A DNA stretch of 64,000 bases from Laetmonice hystrix (taxonomy: Eukaryota): the NCBI GenBank assembly GCA_965235115.1, contig OZ249436.1:15936001-16000000 (forward strand), in the 5' to 3' direction. The notes under the pieces were generated by a model, which saw only the letters and a list, made by a program, of their open reading frames with translations, was not told where the DNA came from and did not search any database. Below are positions 37,061-49,477 of the stretch, piece after piece. The position numbers were made by a program, and so were the translations under genes. The stretch's first letter is position 1, and each line of letters starts with the position of its first letter.

Positions 37061-38889
37061 CGTCTGAGGACGCGCTCGATTCAAGACCGTTGACCCCCAA
37101 CATGTTGCTCCGAAAAGCAACATTTTTTCCTCCCGTAAATTCTGGGTCAAGCGAACCGTCCCAAATCGTGATGTTGTTTCCCTTTTGACGGTTATTTCTA
37201 TGGTTTCCAGGGCAAACCGTCGTGACGGTCACGTGGGACAAATGAACCAGTCAGATTGCCTATAGCTGCACCAAGTGTATAATATTGAGTTGTCAGGGAG
37301 ACCGGGGACAATCGGAATATTTCAAACGGGAGAATTTTCCAATACGTCTAGAGTGTTACAGTCGTCTTCTATACCTAGGTCAGCGTGAAAAAAACGTAGA
37401 CATCTATACTGTCCATTTAGAAAATGGCTAAATTTACGCCTAAAAGTAGGCTACATGAAACATGAATGCCGTCCAACACAAACATATACTGTGCACAGAT
37501 GGTTGGAATTAATTATCAACAATGAGCAGGTGCCTGGGTGGTATTGTATTCAATGGTAACATGTGTTACAGTCATCCCAAGATGCACCATGCAGTCTGAC
37601 ATTCACGTTTCCCCGCATGAACGAAGATGGCCGAAGATTGCCGAAAGGACTCGAGTGTGAGAATGTCTGACATTTCCATGCCCCCCCTGCATGATTTGGT
37701 ATATGCTAAGCCTAATCCAAAAGGATTACTCTCTAAAAACAAATCGGTTAATCTAACCAATATATTGGTTAAATTTAACCATTTTTTGCTGGAATGAGTC
37801 AATATTTTGGTGGAAACAACCAATCCAGATTTTTTGACTTAATACCCTATCAGAATTGGTAGATGAAACCAATTATTTGGTTAAGCATATACCATCTATA
37901 AGGTTATGACGTGGTTTGCCGCGCTCGACATAAAGCTATACTTGGATTGTTGCAATCGCCCAGTGTTTGTCCCCGTACTCACCCACCGTCCCATGCATAC
38001 ATGCACCTGCCCCCCCCCCCCCCCCCCCCCGAAGAAAAATCCTGGATCCGTAACTGATATCCGTTGAGTGACATTCAGAGGTCAGCACGTCTTGGTGGGC
38101 AGGTCAAGTGGTCAGATAAAGTTGAACATTAATTGTCGTAGGCCCTATATAGGCTAAAGCATGCTAGTGATAGGCATGTACATGTACCTATGCTATAGGC
38201 CTATAGTATAGAGGGGCGGGCGGCCCACAGGCCAGTCTCGAGTGATGCGGCTGTCACAAAAGGACACAATCCGATGAAGAGTTAGGCAATCAGGTAAAAC
38301 AGGTTAGATCTAAGTAGCAAGGCTGTGGGATCGGGATAAAGATACCGGTCCGAATCTGTCAGGTCAGACCAAGGCCAACGTAAGACAAGCTGGTCTCCCG
38401 AGTGTCACGAGGCCTGTCCAACATAATAGCCCTAGTCGGGAAAAGCTACAAGCCGACTCCAGTTTACTTGCGAGCTTTAAAGACCTTTCAAGGGTGACGG
38501 TTGGTATAGCAGCTCAGTAGAGATCTATTTTGATGAAATAACGTCACATAAGCTTAATTATATAGGGATAGGTCCTGATCCTGTAGCCCATTGCCTTCCT
38601 GTTAAATAGGGCTAGACCTAAAGGCCAAGTTAGGTAGGCCTATAGAGCAGACGACGGTCGAAGGGGCACTAAATCTCGTCTTTCCTTAAAGTTAACCTAG
38701 AAGTGTAGTCTGCTCGTAAAATGGCGATAACTTTAGTATAGGCCTATGTGAACATAATTTCCCGATAGATTTATAGGCCTAGGCATACCGACTACTGTGG
38801 AAACCCAAAGGAGGCTAAAGGAACATTCCTAAATAGGAATTCCCCCTTCTCCGCCAAATTTCTTTCCGTTTGCCCCGCTAGATTAAAGG

Positions 38890-41800
38890 ATGGAAGACGA
38901 TGCCCTCAAGTTCCACTCACGACGTCCGGTTGTCCTGTCGACCCACGGCTCGGTGGCCTGTGCTGATCCCAGGGCTGCACAGGTTGGAATCGGTAAGCTT
39001 GCTTTTTACTCGCATGATCGACCAAACCTGACGCTCCATACACTGTAAAAAAAAAAATCGGTGTAATTTTACAAGAAATTCTTTGGCAGCAGAGTTGCCA
39101 AAGATTTTCTTGTATAATTACAATTTTGGTATTTGCACATAAGTTTATAATATTACAACATTTTGTTATTTTACATTCTTTGTTTAAAAGATATTTGTAA
39201 AACATCAAAGCATTGTAATAATACAAAATATTGTAAATATGACGAATAGCATTAATTAAATTGACAAACCTACATTAGTCAAATAGACAAATATTTGAAC
39301 ATTATTGAATTTGAGCAGGGCTCGATTTGCCATTCCTTTGGTTGGGCAAGTGGCTTACCCCATAAATGGACTATCAACTGGCTGCGGCTAGGCAAGGACG
39401 GTCATTTTGACTCTCAAATGTGACAAAGAAAATGTCTTAATTCTCGTCGAGTATAAAAATGGGTGTCTGGTACTTTGAACACTCAAATCTTCAATTTTCC
39501 TTTTCCTTTCTGTAGGTAGCCAGATTTTTATTCACTTTCTGTATAACAGATAATTATATCATTAAACCTAGTTTATACTATTCAAGAATATAACAATCAA
39601 GAAGTAAATACACCATAAAATTAGGCGCCACCCAAGTTTACTTCACACCTGATGTTGACAGCGCCACCTAGTGACCAAGTAAATGACTAGCTAATGACTG
39701 GAAAAACAAGATTTTTCTTGTTTTTATTTCTCGTAATTCTACAAATTCTTGGTAATTTTACAATCTTTTTATTGTAAATGGAAAAACAAGATTTTTCTTG
39801 TTTTTATTTCTCGTAATTCTACAAATTCTTGTTAATTTCACAATATGTTCCTAGTAAATGTTCTTTACAAGAAAAACTTTGTAAAATTCTTAGTAAATTC
39901 TTTTTCTTTTTTTTAGTGTACATTCGGTTCTTTTGGTGCAAGTTTAGAAAACAATTTCTCCTACCGTCCTACGCCCTGTCCTCTTTATACAGGTCCAGGG
40001 ATCAGCAAGATATATAATAATCAACCCTTGGTTATAAGTAACTTGTAATATGACCTTGTACACTGTAAAAAAAATTCTCTGTAATTTTACAGTTAATTTA
40101 ACTGGCAGCACAGCTGCCAGTTATATTAACAGTAATTTTACAGATCTGTTAAACGACAGATAAATTGTAATGCATTTATACAGAATCCAGTTTTTAAACG
40201 CCACGTTTGTAAAATAACAAACGCAAATTATTCATTATAACTGAAATACAGTAATGTAATTATACCGAATCCAGTTTATAAACGCTACGTTTGTCAAATT
40301 ATTTACTGTATTTTTACGGTAAATACTGTTAAAAAATCGTCGATGATAAACGAGAAACAAAAATCTGGCTTTTTAGTTTAAATACATGTACGTATGGCCT
40401 GAGTGATAATTTCATTCAAGGTCCATTCAAGGGAAACTCAAACGTCTGCAACCTAAGAGGCTACTCCGCATTAGAATATAGTCTGCTTTTACAAAGCAGT
40501 TAATATTATTTTCTCTAGCGTCCAAAGATGGTGTTTTATGAGAAATATTAACAAATCCCACTTCATATTAGGCCCCTGTTTGACATTCCACTCTACTTAC
40601 CATCACAAAGAGTGTATTCATATTATTGTTAATTTATGGCCACGGTTGCATTAACCGACTATCACAGGTATAGGACACTTCGGGGTTTAGACCAATAAAA
40701 GGGGCAGGTGATAATCATCACGTGACCACTGTGCTGGTTATCCAGTAACGTCTTACGTCCTGTAAATTTACAGTTCGTTTATTGTACAGATCGAATACAG
40801 CAACAGTAGCTGTCAAACTACAGTAACATTGGCAGTAATTTCCAATAACAGGAGCATGCGCTGTTCCTTTTACAGTTTTATATCTTGCAAATGCCCATTT
40901 TTTTTCTAACAGTGCACACGGGTATTTTATTATTTTAGTTGATCAAAGGGCCATTTTTTTACGTGTTTACGTTGTAATTAGGCTATATTTTTATTATTTT
41001 GTATATTTAGTGACATTCTACATTCTACGTTATTTTACACACTTTTTCTGTAAAAACTGGGAAGTAGGCCTAATGCCAGTTTTTTTTTGTAAATTTCTAT
41101 CAATAAAATAAAATTTTTATAAATTTACCATAATAAAATGTGTAAATAGAGGGCTTACATTACACGGCTGTTTCACTGTTTTAAGTAATATTACGGAATT
41201 TACTACATTTTACCATTGTGCCATAAAGAAATATGGAAAAAACGTAAATTTAACACAAACACTTGTAATTTTATAATAACTATATTGGTAAATGATTTTT
41301 ACTGTAAAAAGTACTGTATTACTTGATAGATAATTCTACTGTAAAATAAGTTTACACCAAATTTAATAGTAAATTTTGTCTGTTATTTTACAAATATTTT
41401 TTACAGTGTAGCAAGAATAGTAGAATAAATCTATTCTACTATGTTTGCTTGTAGGCCCTATAATATAAAGCCTCTTACTGTCAGTTTAAAGGAAACGGGT
41501 TAAGGAATTCAGGTTAAAGGAATCATGGCGCTTATTTCATATAGATTTTACAAATTGGCGGAAATACTGCTTGTATATAGTCTGGAAATTGTGTTCCCTA
41601 GCACTGCCTACTTGCCTGATTGGATTTCGTGACTATTTTTTTTTAATATTAAAAAACCAGCAAATTTCGAATGACGCACGTCTTTTTCTAGACCTGCAGC
41701 CCACCTACGCGATAGAGTTTTGGCCGGGAGACTTTACACCCTTTTCACAGAACGTGAGACTAGATAGACTCTATAGCCGCATTCACGTGATCATCTCACC

Positions 41801-44800
41801 CATTGCAATGTGCCTGCAGGTCAAACATTCCCGATGGCGGAAAGCAGCGTTGTTTTTTAGTGTTCTCGATGTGAAATGTGAAGGTGACAGTGCATTTCGC
41901 TGCTGTCTGTTTACAATACGTAATGTATATTAAACCTAGGAAGTATCCTCGGGACAGAAGGTGCATAAATTTTGACGAGAGGCGTAGGAAGCACTTTAAA
42001 AGTGGGGGGGGGCCAACAGGGCCATGCGCAGGACTTTTCGAGGGGGATTACAGTTTGGCGGGGGGGACTGGTCGAGCGCCGAAGGCGCAAAGCCATGCTG
42101 GGGGTCCGGGGCATGCCCCCCCCCCCCCGAAAAATTTTGAAATTTATAGTGTAATTTGGTGACATTTGGTGCATCTTAGAGCACAAATAAATATGAGAAA
42201 ATACCCTCCCCCCATAGACTTCCATACACTTCCAATGGCAAAAGTCAAGGGGAGGGAAAAAGTGGGGGTGCCAAAAGATACTCTGGCCCCCCTCATTTCA
42301 AAGTGGGGGGGGGGGCATGGCCCCCTGCCCCCCCCCCTTTTCCTACGCCCCTGGGTAAGCGTGAAACCAGGTCGAACTGGCTTTCCGTAACGCTCAACCA
42401 GGTTGACATGATTCCTTTAAAGGAGAAGTCCAGTCAAAAATCATATTTGGACAGCTGCAAGGCCTCTATATATACTCACCTTTCAGAGTAGTGGTTGGAA
42501 ATAAATGTCCCCCTATTCCAAGAAGTCATATATTGAACATGACAACCGTGTCAAAATCACTGGCTTCAGCAGCGCAGCCATTTGTTGCTATTGGGCTGGC
42601 CGGAAGTGACGTTCCAGGGCTAATCTTTTGCATGCCAGGGCTAGGCTATACTAGGCTAAAGGCAACCGAGGCGGGTGGCAAATCGACGGGGGTCAGTCCC
42701 ACAGTCACAGTCACAACTAAACGCAGCAGGTCTGTGCTGACCATGCTGACACTAGCTGCCATTGCTCGCGGTCGTAGTCAGAGTGGCGCCGGGCCTCAGG
42801 GGCCATATGAGCTCCCGTCAACATCACACGAATCCGAGTGGGACGAATGCAGGCGGCCGAAACCCACGGCTGCCCAGATCCGTGTCCACCCTGCTATGTC
42901 CCCTGACATCGGTAGGCTTTTCCTAGCCATTCCTTATCACTATCGATGGTTTTCGTCTATGTTCTAACAAATTTTGCTTATAAGCTGTCAACGTTCGCTG
43001 CCTTCCAAATCGATCAACGCAACAGGTGCGTCAGTTTTTAGTTCCTCCCAAACTGGAGAGCAGTCGTGCTGCGCATACTCGCCTAGGGCGATCATGCGCA
43101 GTTTGAGATTAGCCCAAGGAGCAGACGGTAATGGCGGCCTTCACCAGCTGAGCAGGTTGTAAGAAGCCTCCGGCACTAAAGTGCCCATATCTTAACTATC
43201 TGAGCACCAATTGTGTTCAAATATTTTTTAACTTGCTTAGAATATCACGGCATGTGTGCCTGGCCTGTACAGACTGGCGATGGTCTTTTCTTTTAATGCA
43301 ATCAATTCACAAATAAATCGAAATAAAAGGATGTCCAAGCATGGCCGGGTTCCTAAAAACTTATGATGTTGCTTAAACTTAAGCTTAGCTACGGCCCTGG
43401 ATACTTGGACATTTGTTGATTGCACAGATATGCTGAAGTGTGGAGGAAATGCAGTAGATGCGGCTGTGGCCATGGCTGCAGCACTGAACGTCACTCTACC
43501 GATGTTCACGGGGGTCGGTGGTGACGCATTCTGCCTGGTGTACAATGCGTCGAAGAAAGAAGTACGAGGCCTGAACGGCAGGTAGGCCTACGTTATGACA
43601 TCTGGATGAAGTATCTTTAAATTTGCTAACATTTAGTAATTTGTGTTTCTGGGTCATAGTAATGCTTTCTGTGCGATACATCCAAGCAGCTAACTGCTCC
43701 GATAGTGTGATTGGTCCTTACTCCCGTTAAAGGGAATAGAAAAGTTCCTCACTAACGTACCTTTGAACACCAGTAACACCATATAAAGTGTCTATAGTCT
43801 GTTCGCTCTAAGAAGAGCTCGACCTCGGCCTCATTAAAGCTCTGACCTGCCCCCCTCCTCCCGTCTACCCACAGCTGGCGTATCACAAGTCATCACCGCC
43901 TGTCATTCAAGAATATGACCAAATTTCACGTGGTTCTGTATTACCCCAAATGAACTAACAGCTTTAATGAGGCCGAGGTCGAGCTCTTCTTAGAGCGAAC
44001 AGATTATAAGGTCACACCGATAAGTGGAACACTATCAACGGCGACTTTTTAAAAATACCGCCCGGGTCATTCACTATTTCCCACGCGAGACAGCGGGAGC
44101 TATATCTATTAATAGATTGAGATAAGGGCCAAATAGGGTAAACAAACCGACGAAGCCAGCGGGAGAATGTCTCTACATTTCGGTTGATTATTCCTTTATT
44201 AAAGATCAGATAATCGGTTCTTCCCCCATGATAACTTTCCACGAAATGTTTGGGCACGGGTTAGGGTTAAGGTCAAGGATAGGGATAGGGATAGGATAGG
44301 GATATGTTTTTGGAAGGTGTAGGGACTGGGGTTAGGGTTTAGGGATAAGGTCAGGGCCATGAATCTTTACTTTCCACCAAATTTCGTGGGGTTTAAGTTA
44401 TCATGGGCGATATACCAGATAATCACAGTAGGTAAGAACAAGCTTGTTCATGCTGAACACCCTTATATTGATAGTTTGAACTTTTCTATTCCCTTTAAAT
44501 CTATAGTACCTACTTCTGGCTACTTATACTTGTTTACCTTAACATGCACCAACCCTGACGTTGGTTTGAACCCTACAGCGGGCGGGCTCCGAGTGGTCTT
44601 ACCCTGGACAGGGTAAATGCCGAGGGTATCAGTTCTGAGAGTCCGTGGCCGAAAACTCACGGCCTCACGGTCACAGTGCCCGGGAGCGTCGGGCTGTGGG
44701 TGGACGCGGTGGAAATGTTTGGCAAGGTAGACAGTTTGTTTTCCTGAGAAAATGTTTATAAAAAGCGTTTTTAGGTTCTGTTAGTTCTTTGTCACGAGAA

Positions 44801-47800
44801 TTACTTCAGCATACATGCTTTGAGAAGGATTGGACGCATTTCCATTGGAACCGAACAATGTAGCTCTAGGATAACTTATTCCTGTGGCAGTTGCACTTCA
44901 TTCGTGTAAAGATCTAAAGGATTTAGCCCTTAAGGGGGAGGTTAAACACGATAATTTGCCAAAAATAGTGAAAAATGCTTCTACCTCCTGTATGACTTTC
45001 TGGCCCCGGTTTCAAGAAAGCAGTTAACAAAGACGATTTTTGATAATGTTAAGTAACTAAGAGATTTAAACCATTTTCTTGAAACCTTCTTTAGTGTCAG
45101 CATTCTATCGGTAAGGACTCCAAGTATAATACAAATGTATTTGAAGAATTCCAGTTTTATATCTTTTGCCAGTTTACCTTCACTTTAATGTGAATAGGGA
45201 AGTATTCACCGATTTCCTGTACCCCACAGAAAACATTAGGTGAGGTCTTACAACCCGCTATCAGCCTGGCAGAAGATGGTTATGGCATTGGACAGATTGG
45301 GGCCTATTTCTGGAACAAAGGTAGATCTGAGGTTTACTTCCTTTTTTTGACTAAATTATGGGTGACTGACATCCTTGGGTCGATTGTAGGTTTCTCCAGT
45401 GGCATTTGCAGATCTAGGGGACAGCATCGAGAGACCTCCGTCTCGAGGGTTTAGGGCTTTGCCCAACGGTTACCCCTCCTATCTCCCTACCCAATCCCTG
45501 TATCCGCCTCCGAGTGGGGCTGTTTATTCTCCAGGGTCCCATGTTCTCACGGATCACCGTAATGTGCACGCTGGTTCTCTGCTGATTGATGGTCGTGCAC
45601 CAAGGTGGGGTGAAGTGTTCAAGAATCCCGACTTGGCTCGGACATTTAGGGTATGATGGTTGAATATACCTTTAAAATATCCCTAGCTTATCATTTCCTA
45701 ATAATTTAATAACAAATTAAGTTATAACAATTTCAACTATAGACAGTGTCATTAATCGTTTATCTAGCAAGTTAAAACTAAAATAAATAGGCCTGTTAAC
45801 ATAATCTATCTGATCGTGACTGGTGGCCAGACATTAGCAGCTGAGGGCAGGAAAGGTTTCTATGAAGGAAGGATAGCTGAAGCGATCGTTGCCGCCGTGT
45901 CACGTTACGGTGGCGTGATGGCGACTGCTGACCTGGCGAGTCACCAAAGTACCACGGATCAGCCAATCAGCACCGACTACCACGGAGTGAGGCTGTGGGA
46001 GATGGCCCCTAACGGACAGGGCATTGTGGTCCTCATGGCCCTCAACATCCTCGAGCAGTACGACCTCAAAGGTTCTAATGACCATTTCAATCCGTTCTCA
46101 AGATCGTCTGGGTGCGTTTCTATAAAGCCCAAAAGACTCTTTGAGACCCTCGCTGAACCCAAGGAGTCTTTGCGGCGACGTGGTGTTTCTATAACACTCT
46201 ATTCTTTAACATTGGTTTCGAAAAGACTCTTTTGAAAGACTCTTTGCGCAAAGACATCTTTCCTTACAGAAACGCACCCCTCAGTTTGTCATCTGTAGCG
46301 ACCTATTTGCTCTCAACCATTTACAATAGAAAAATATAATTGTCCTGCATAGTATTACCGACAACGTGATGACCTCTGTAATAATAAATACACCGACATC
46401 ATACGTCAGAGAGGAGATTTTGATTTTCAGCTATGGGACATAACTCAAAGGCCTACCTGCACCACCTGATCGAGTCCCTCCGGCTGAGTTTTGCGGACGC
46501 CCTCAGTTACGTGGCTGACCCGGCGAACGTCCCAGTGCCAATGACTGGAATGCTCGACAAAGAGTACGGTTCAATCAGGCGCCAGCTTATCGACCCGAAC
46601 AGGCGAGTCCTATACGTCCTGTCTGCAGCAATCTTTGAAAGGAAGGTTTCAGCTGAGAAGCAGTTTGAGGAAAGTCCTCGCTTCTGGTTTCTCATGTCTC
46701 ACTATCATTAGGGCCGTAGGCAGTCAGAAATTGTCAGTAAGGGAACCGAGGCTCCGGAGTTCATTAATTATCATAACGGGGCACCTGTTCGAGAAGTGAC
46801 ACTTTGAACACCCCCTCCGGCTCTGTTTTCCCTCAAGTTTTTCTTTATGTAGGCCTATCATGTCTTTTCTCCTCAGAGCATTAAATGCGGTGAAGTGCGG
46901 TTTTCCCGCAAAAGGAGGAGATACCGTGTATCTAACAACGGCCGACAAGGATGGTAACGCGTGTTCCTTCATCATGAGCAATTTTATGGGTTTTGGAACT
47001 GGCATCGTCCCTGAAGGCTGTGGTTTCACGCTCCAGGTATGCGGGTATAGCCCTCCGTGGCCCTCCGTATGGGACGTTGTCTTTCTCCCGTACGCCATTG
47101 TGAACACAAATTTGAAACAAAGCGACGTGACAGTTTGAATTTTAAATCCATGTGTCGGAACTAGCGTCATTGTTCGCATCTGTGTGCAGAACCGTGGCTG
47201 GAACTTCTCCTTGGAACCTGGCCATCTCAATGTGGTGGCCCCGGGCAAGCGACCATTCCACACCATTATTCCGGCCATGATGACCGACGCAGCCACAGGC
47301 GAGTCTTGACCGAAACTTGTCTAATGGGACAGAATAGAGCCTGAGGTCGGGTATGCCGATCCATGTTCATGGATTTACATGTGTAGGGGCTTACCTCGTT
47401 GTTCATTACGCGTAGCGTTATTTGTTTTAAAGAGGCACAATTTTTCGACTGACTGCGTTTTTCTTATATGATAGCGTAAAGAGGTCCAAAATAAATATTC
47501 CTCCCCTGAAAATGGCGTTGATTGGCCTGTAATCAAGCCACAGGCAACCCCTAAAATGAATTTCGGTCTACATGTACACCGAAATTCAGTAGTTAATCAT
47601 TGTAGAGGGGCGCGTGGCTCAGAGTGTCCTCGTTGGAAGTTATGCCACTTCTCAGTCAAGACAACACTTTTCACCCAAATCGTTTATGTTTACATTTAAC
47701 TATAAAATGCCTCAGAAGAGATTCAAAAGCCATTCGAAAGTGTGATTCTTCCAATTGTGTCCCTTTAAATAACATCCATCGTGTATGCATGTGACCCCGT

Positions 47801-48435
47801 TATAAGCTAAGGACTGTTGTATGTGCTTGCAGGGGACCTTCTGGCCAGCTGCGGGTTGATGGGCGGATTCATGCAACCTCAGGGCCACGTCCAGGTGATC
47901 CTTAACATGATTGAGTTTGGCATGAACCCTCAGGAAGCCTTGGACCAGCCACGCTTCTGTATCGGATCCGGACACGAGTACGTCACCCTTGGCTATGAAA
48001 TAAATCACCGATATTCACAGAACCTACCATTGCATGGTTTACACGTATTGCTAGGCATCTATAAGCAGGAGTGCCATTAGAATTGTAATATAAATCCGAC
48101 CTTACATTTAAATCTTTGGGCCGATATATAATTTATATAGGATACTAAAAGCTTTTCTTACATTGCTCATATATTATTATGTTCTTTTCAGGGGCCCAGT
48201 CGGTGCTGTACAATTTGAGGAAGGAATCCCGAGGTCTACCATCGAGGAACTGAAAGTCCTGGGTCATAGCGTGGTCGGTCCCCTGTCAGGCCATAGGAGG
48301 GCTATATTTGGTCGAGGTCATGTCATAACACGAGGTGCCTGGTGGGCGAAGGAAAAACAAGAAATTGTCGACGACCGGAACGTGTTGTGGGCTGGCTCGG
48401 ACCCGCGAGCAGACGGTCAGGCAGTTGGATACTGA
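38890..48435 (+). CDS. Gamma-glutamyltransferase / glutathione hydrolase-like Ntn-hydrolase (YwrD-like), 11 coding exons, 560 aa
   Basis: Exons 38890-38992, 43428-43581, 44579-44726, 45230-45320, 45535-45650, 45831-46071, 46431-46602, 46877-47036, 47190-47298, 47833-47977, 48192-48435; total 1683 nt, phases consistent. Motifs [34 protein letters not shown] (nucleophile Thr), [28 protein letters not shown]. Confidence 0.93.
39041..39918. mobile_element. Non-autonomous DNA transposon with CACT termini and TA flanks (EnSpm/CACTA-like)
   Basis: ta|cactgtaaaaaa ... ttttttagtg|ta; AT-rich interior with an internal ~50-bp duplication at ~39700-39830. Confidence 0.65.
40061..41408. mobile_element. 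Non-autonomous DNA transposon, same CACTGTAAAAA family
   Basis: ta|cactgtaaaaaaa ... tttttttacagtg|ta; shares the subterminal tggcagca.ag.tgcca motif with the 39041 element. Confidence 0.75.
41518..42416. mobile_element. TTAA-flanked element (Kolobok-like) with a nested GC-rich MITE (~41980-42353)
   Basis: ttaa|aggaatcatg ... catgattcct|ttaa. Inner element has ggcgtaggaa ... ttcctacgcc inverted ends. Confidence 0.7.
43793..44008. mobile_element. MITE with ~49-bp TIRs and TA ends (Tc1/mariner-like) in GGT intron 2
   Basis: tatagtctgttcgctctaagaagagctcgacctcggcctcattaaagct and its reverse complement at ~43960-44008. Confidence 0.85.
46110..46279. mobile_element. Short MITE in a GGT intron
   Basis: gggtgcgtttct ... 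agaaacgcaccc inverted termini. Confidence 0.65.
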
Positions 48436-48590
48436 CAACTCCGAGTGGACCAACTTCCAGCGTGCCTCTTTCCCACAATACAGTATTACCGCTGATATGC
48501 TACAGTCGTTACGACCCTAAAGTAATACCAAAAAAACTTTAGACCACAAATAAGGCAAGTGTTGCTATAGGTTTTCAAATGTAGATTATA

Positions 48591-48785
48591 ATCAAATACC
48601 ATTAATAGGGCGGGCCACCAAACAGGCAGGCGACAAATATTCTCAACGTCTCGTTATCAAATACCATTAATAGGGCGGGCCACAAACAGGCAGGCGACAA
48701 ATATTCTCAACGTCTCGTTATCAAATACCATTTATAGGGCGGGCCACCAAACAGGCAGACGACAAATATTCCCAACGGCTCGTTA
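48591..48785. repeat. ~64-bp tandem repeat, 3 copies, downstream of the GGT stop
   Basis: atcaaataccattaatagggcgggcc...ctcgtt starting at 48591, 48656 and 48720. Confidence 0.9.
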
Positions 48786-49327
48786 ATGCTGCACGCCGGA
48801 GTTTTTATACATTCAGAAAATAGCCCATCTCTCAAAAACCGACACTCCCTTCTATTCACAGACTTTATTTAAATCATACATATTTTCAAAGTGTATTCAT
48901 ATATAAAAGGAATTGTACATTTATTATGTATACCATCAAATGAAATAGAAACTTTGATTTGCTTTTTGTTGCGAATTCTTCTATGCCAGTACAAAGCCTC
49001 CATCTGCTAACGTCTGGGTAGAATACAAGTGAAACTTGACAATCATTTAAAAGGGTCGGTCACCGTGACCGCAGACACCAACCAACCACACCTAACTTAT
49101 TCAGGTTTGTACGTACTACCCAATTTCACATAATACTAAACTTCACGTCGTATATAGATTGGGGACTCTGCTTCTTCATTTTGGATGTTAACGCCTTTAC
49201 ACTAAGCCGAGTGTTTCCCGGATAGTGAGAAGAGTTCCAAGGCTTTTTGCAGGGATGAGAACTCCACGCCCATCCAGGGCGGCCACTTGTTTTACATGTA
49301 CATAATGTACTGGACTGACCAGCCAAT

Positions 49328-49477
49328 TTTTGTCTGCATGATAAATAAGTCCCTGTCTAAATTCTTAGCCAGTTAGAAAGCGTTTCTAAAAATATGTCCC
49401 ATACAGACCCATATGTTGTTAACCCTCTTTGATTGGCTAATAATCAAGATAGGGACTTATCTATCATGCAGAAAAAA
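49328..49477. mobile_element. Short inverted-repeat element
   Basis: tctgcatgataaataagtccct ... agggacttatctatcatgcaga. Confidence 0.6.

Noticed and set aside
44258..44350. Interstitial telomere
   Set aside because: Too short and degenerate; more likely part of a repeat element.
46724..47296. 190-aa minus-strand ORF
   Set aside because: Antisense shadow of GGT exons.
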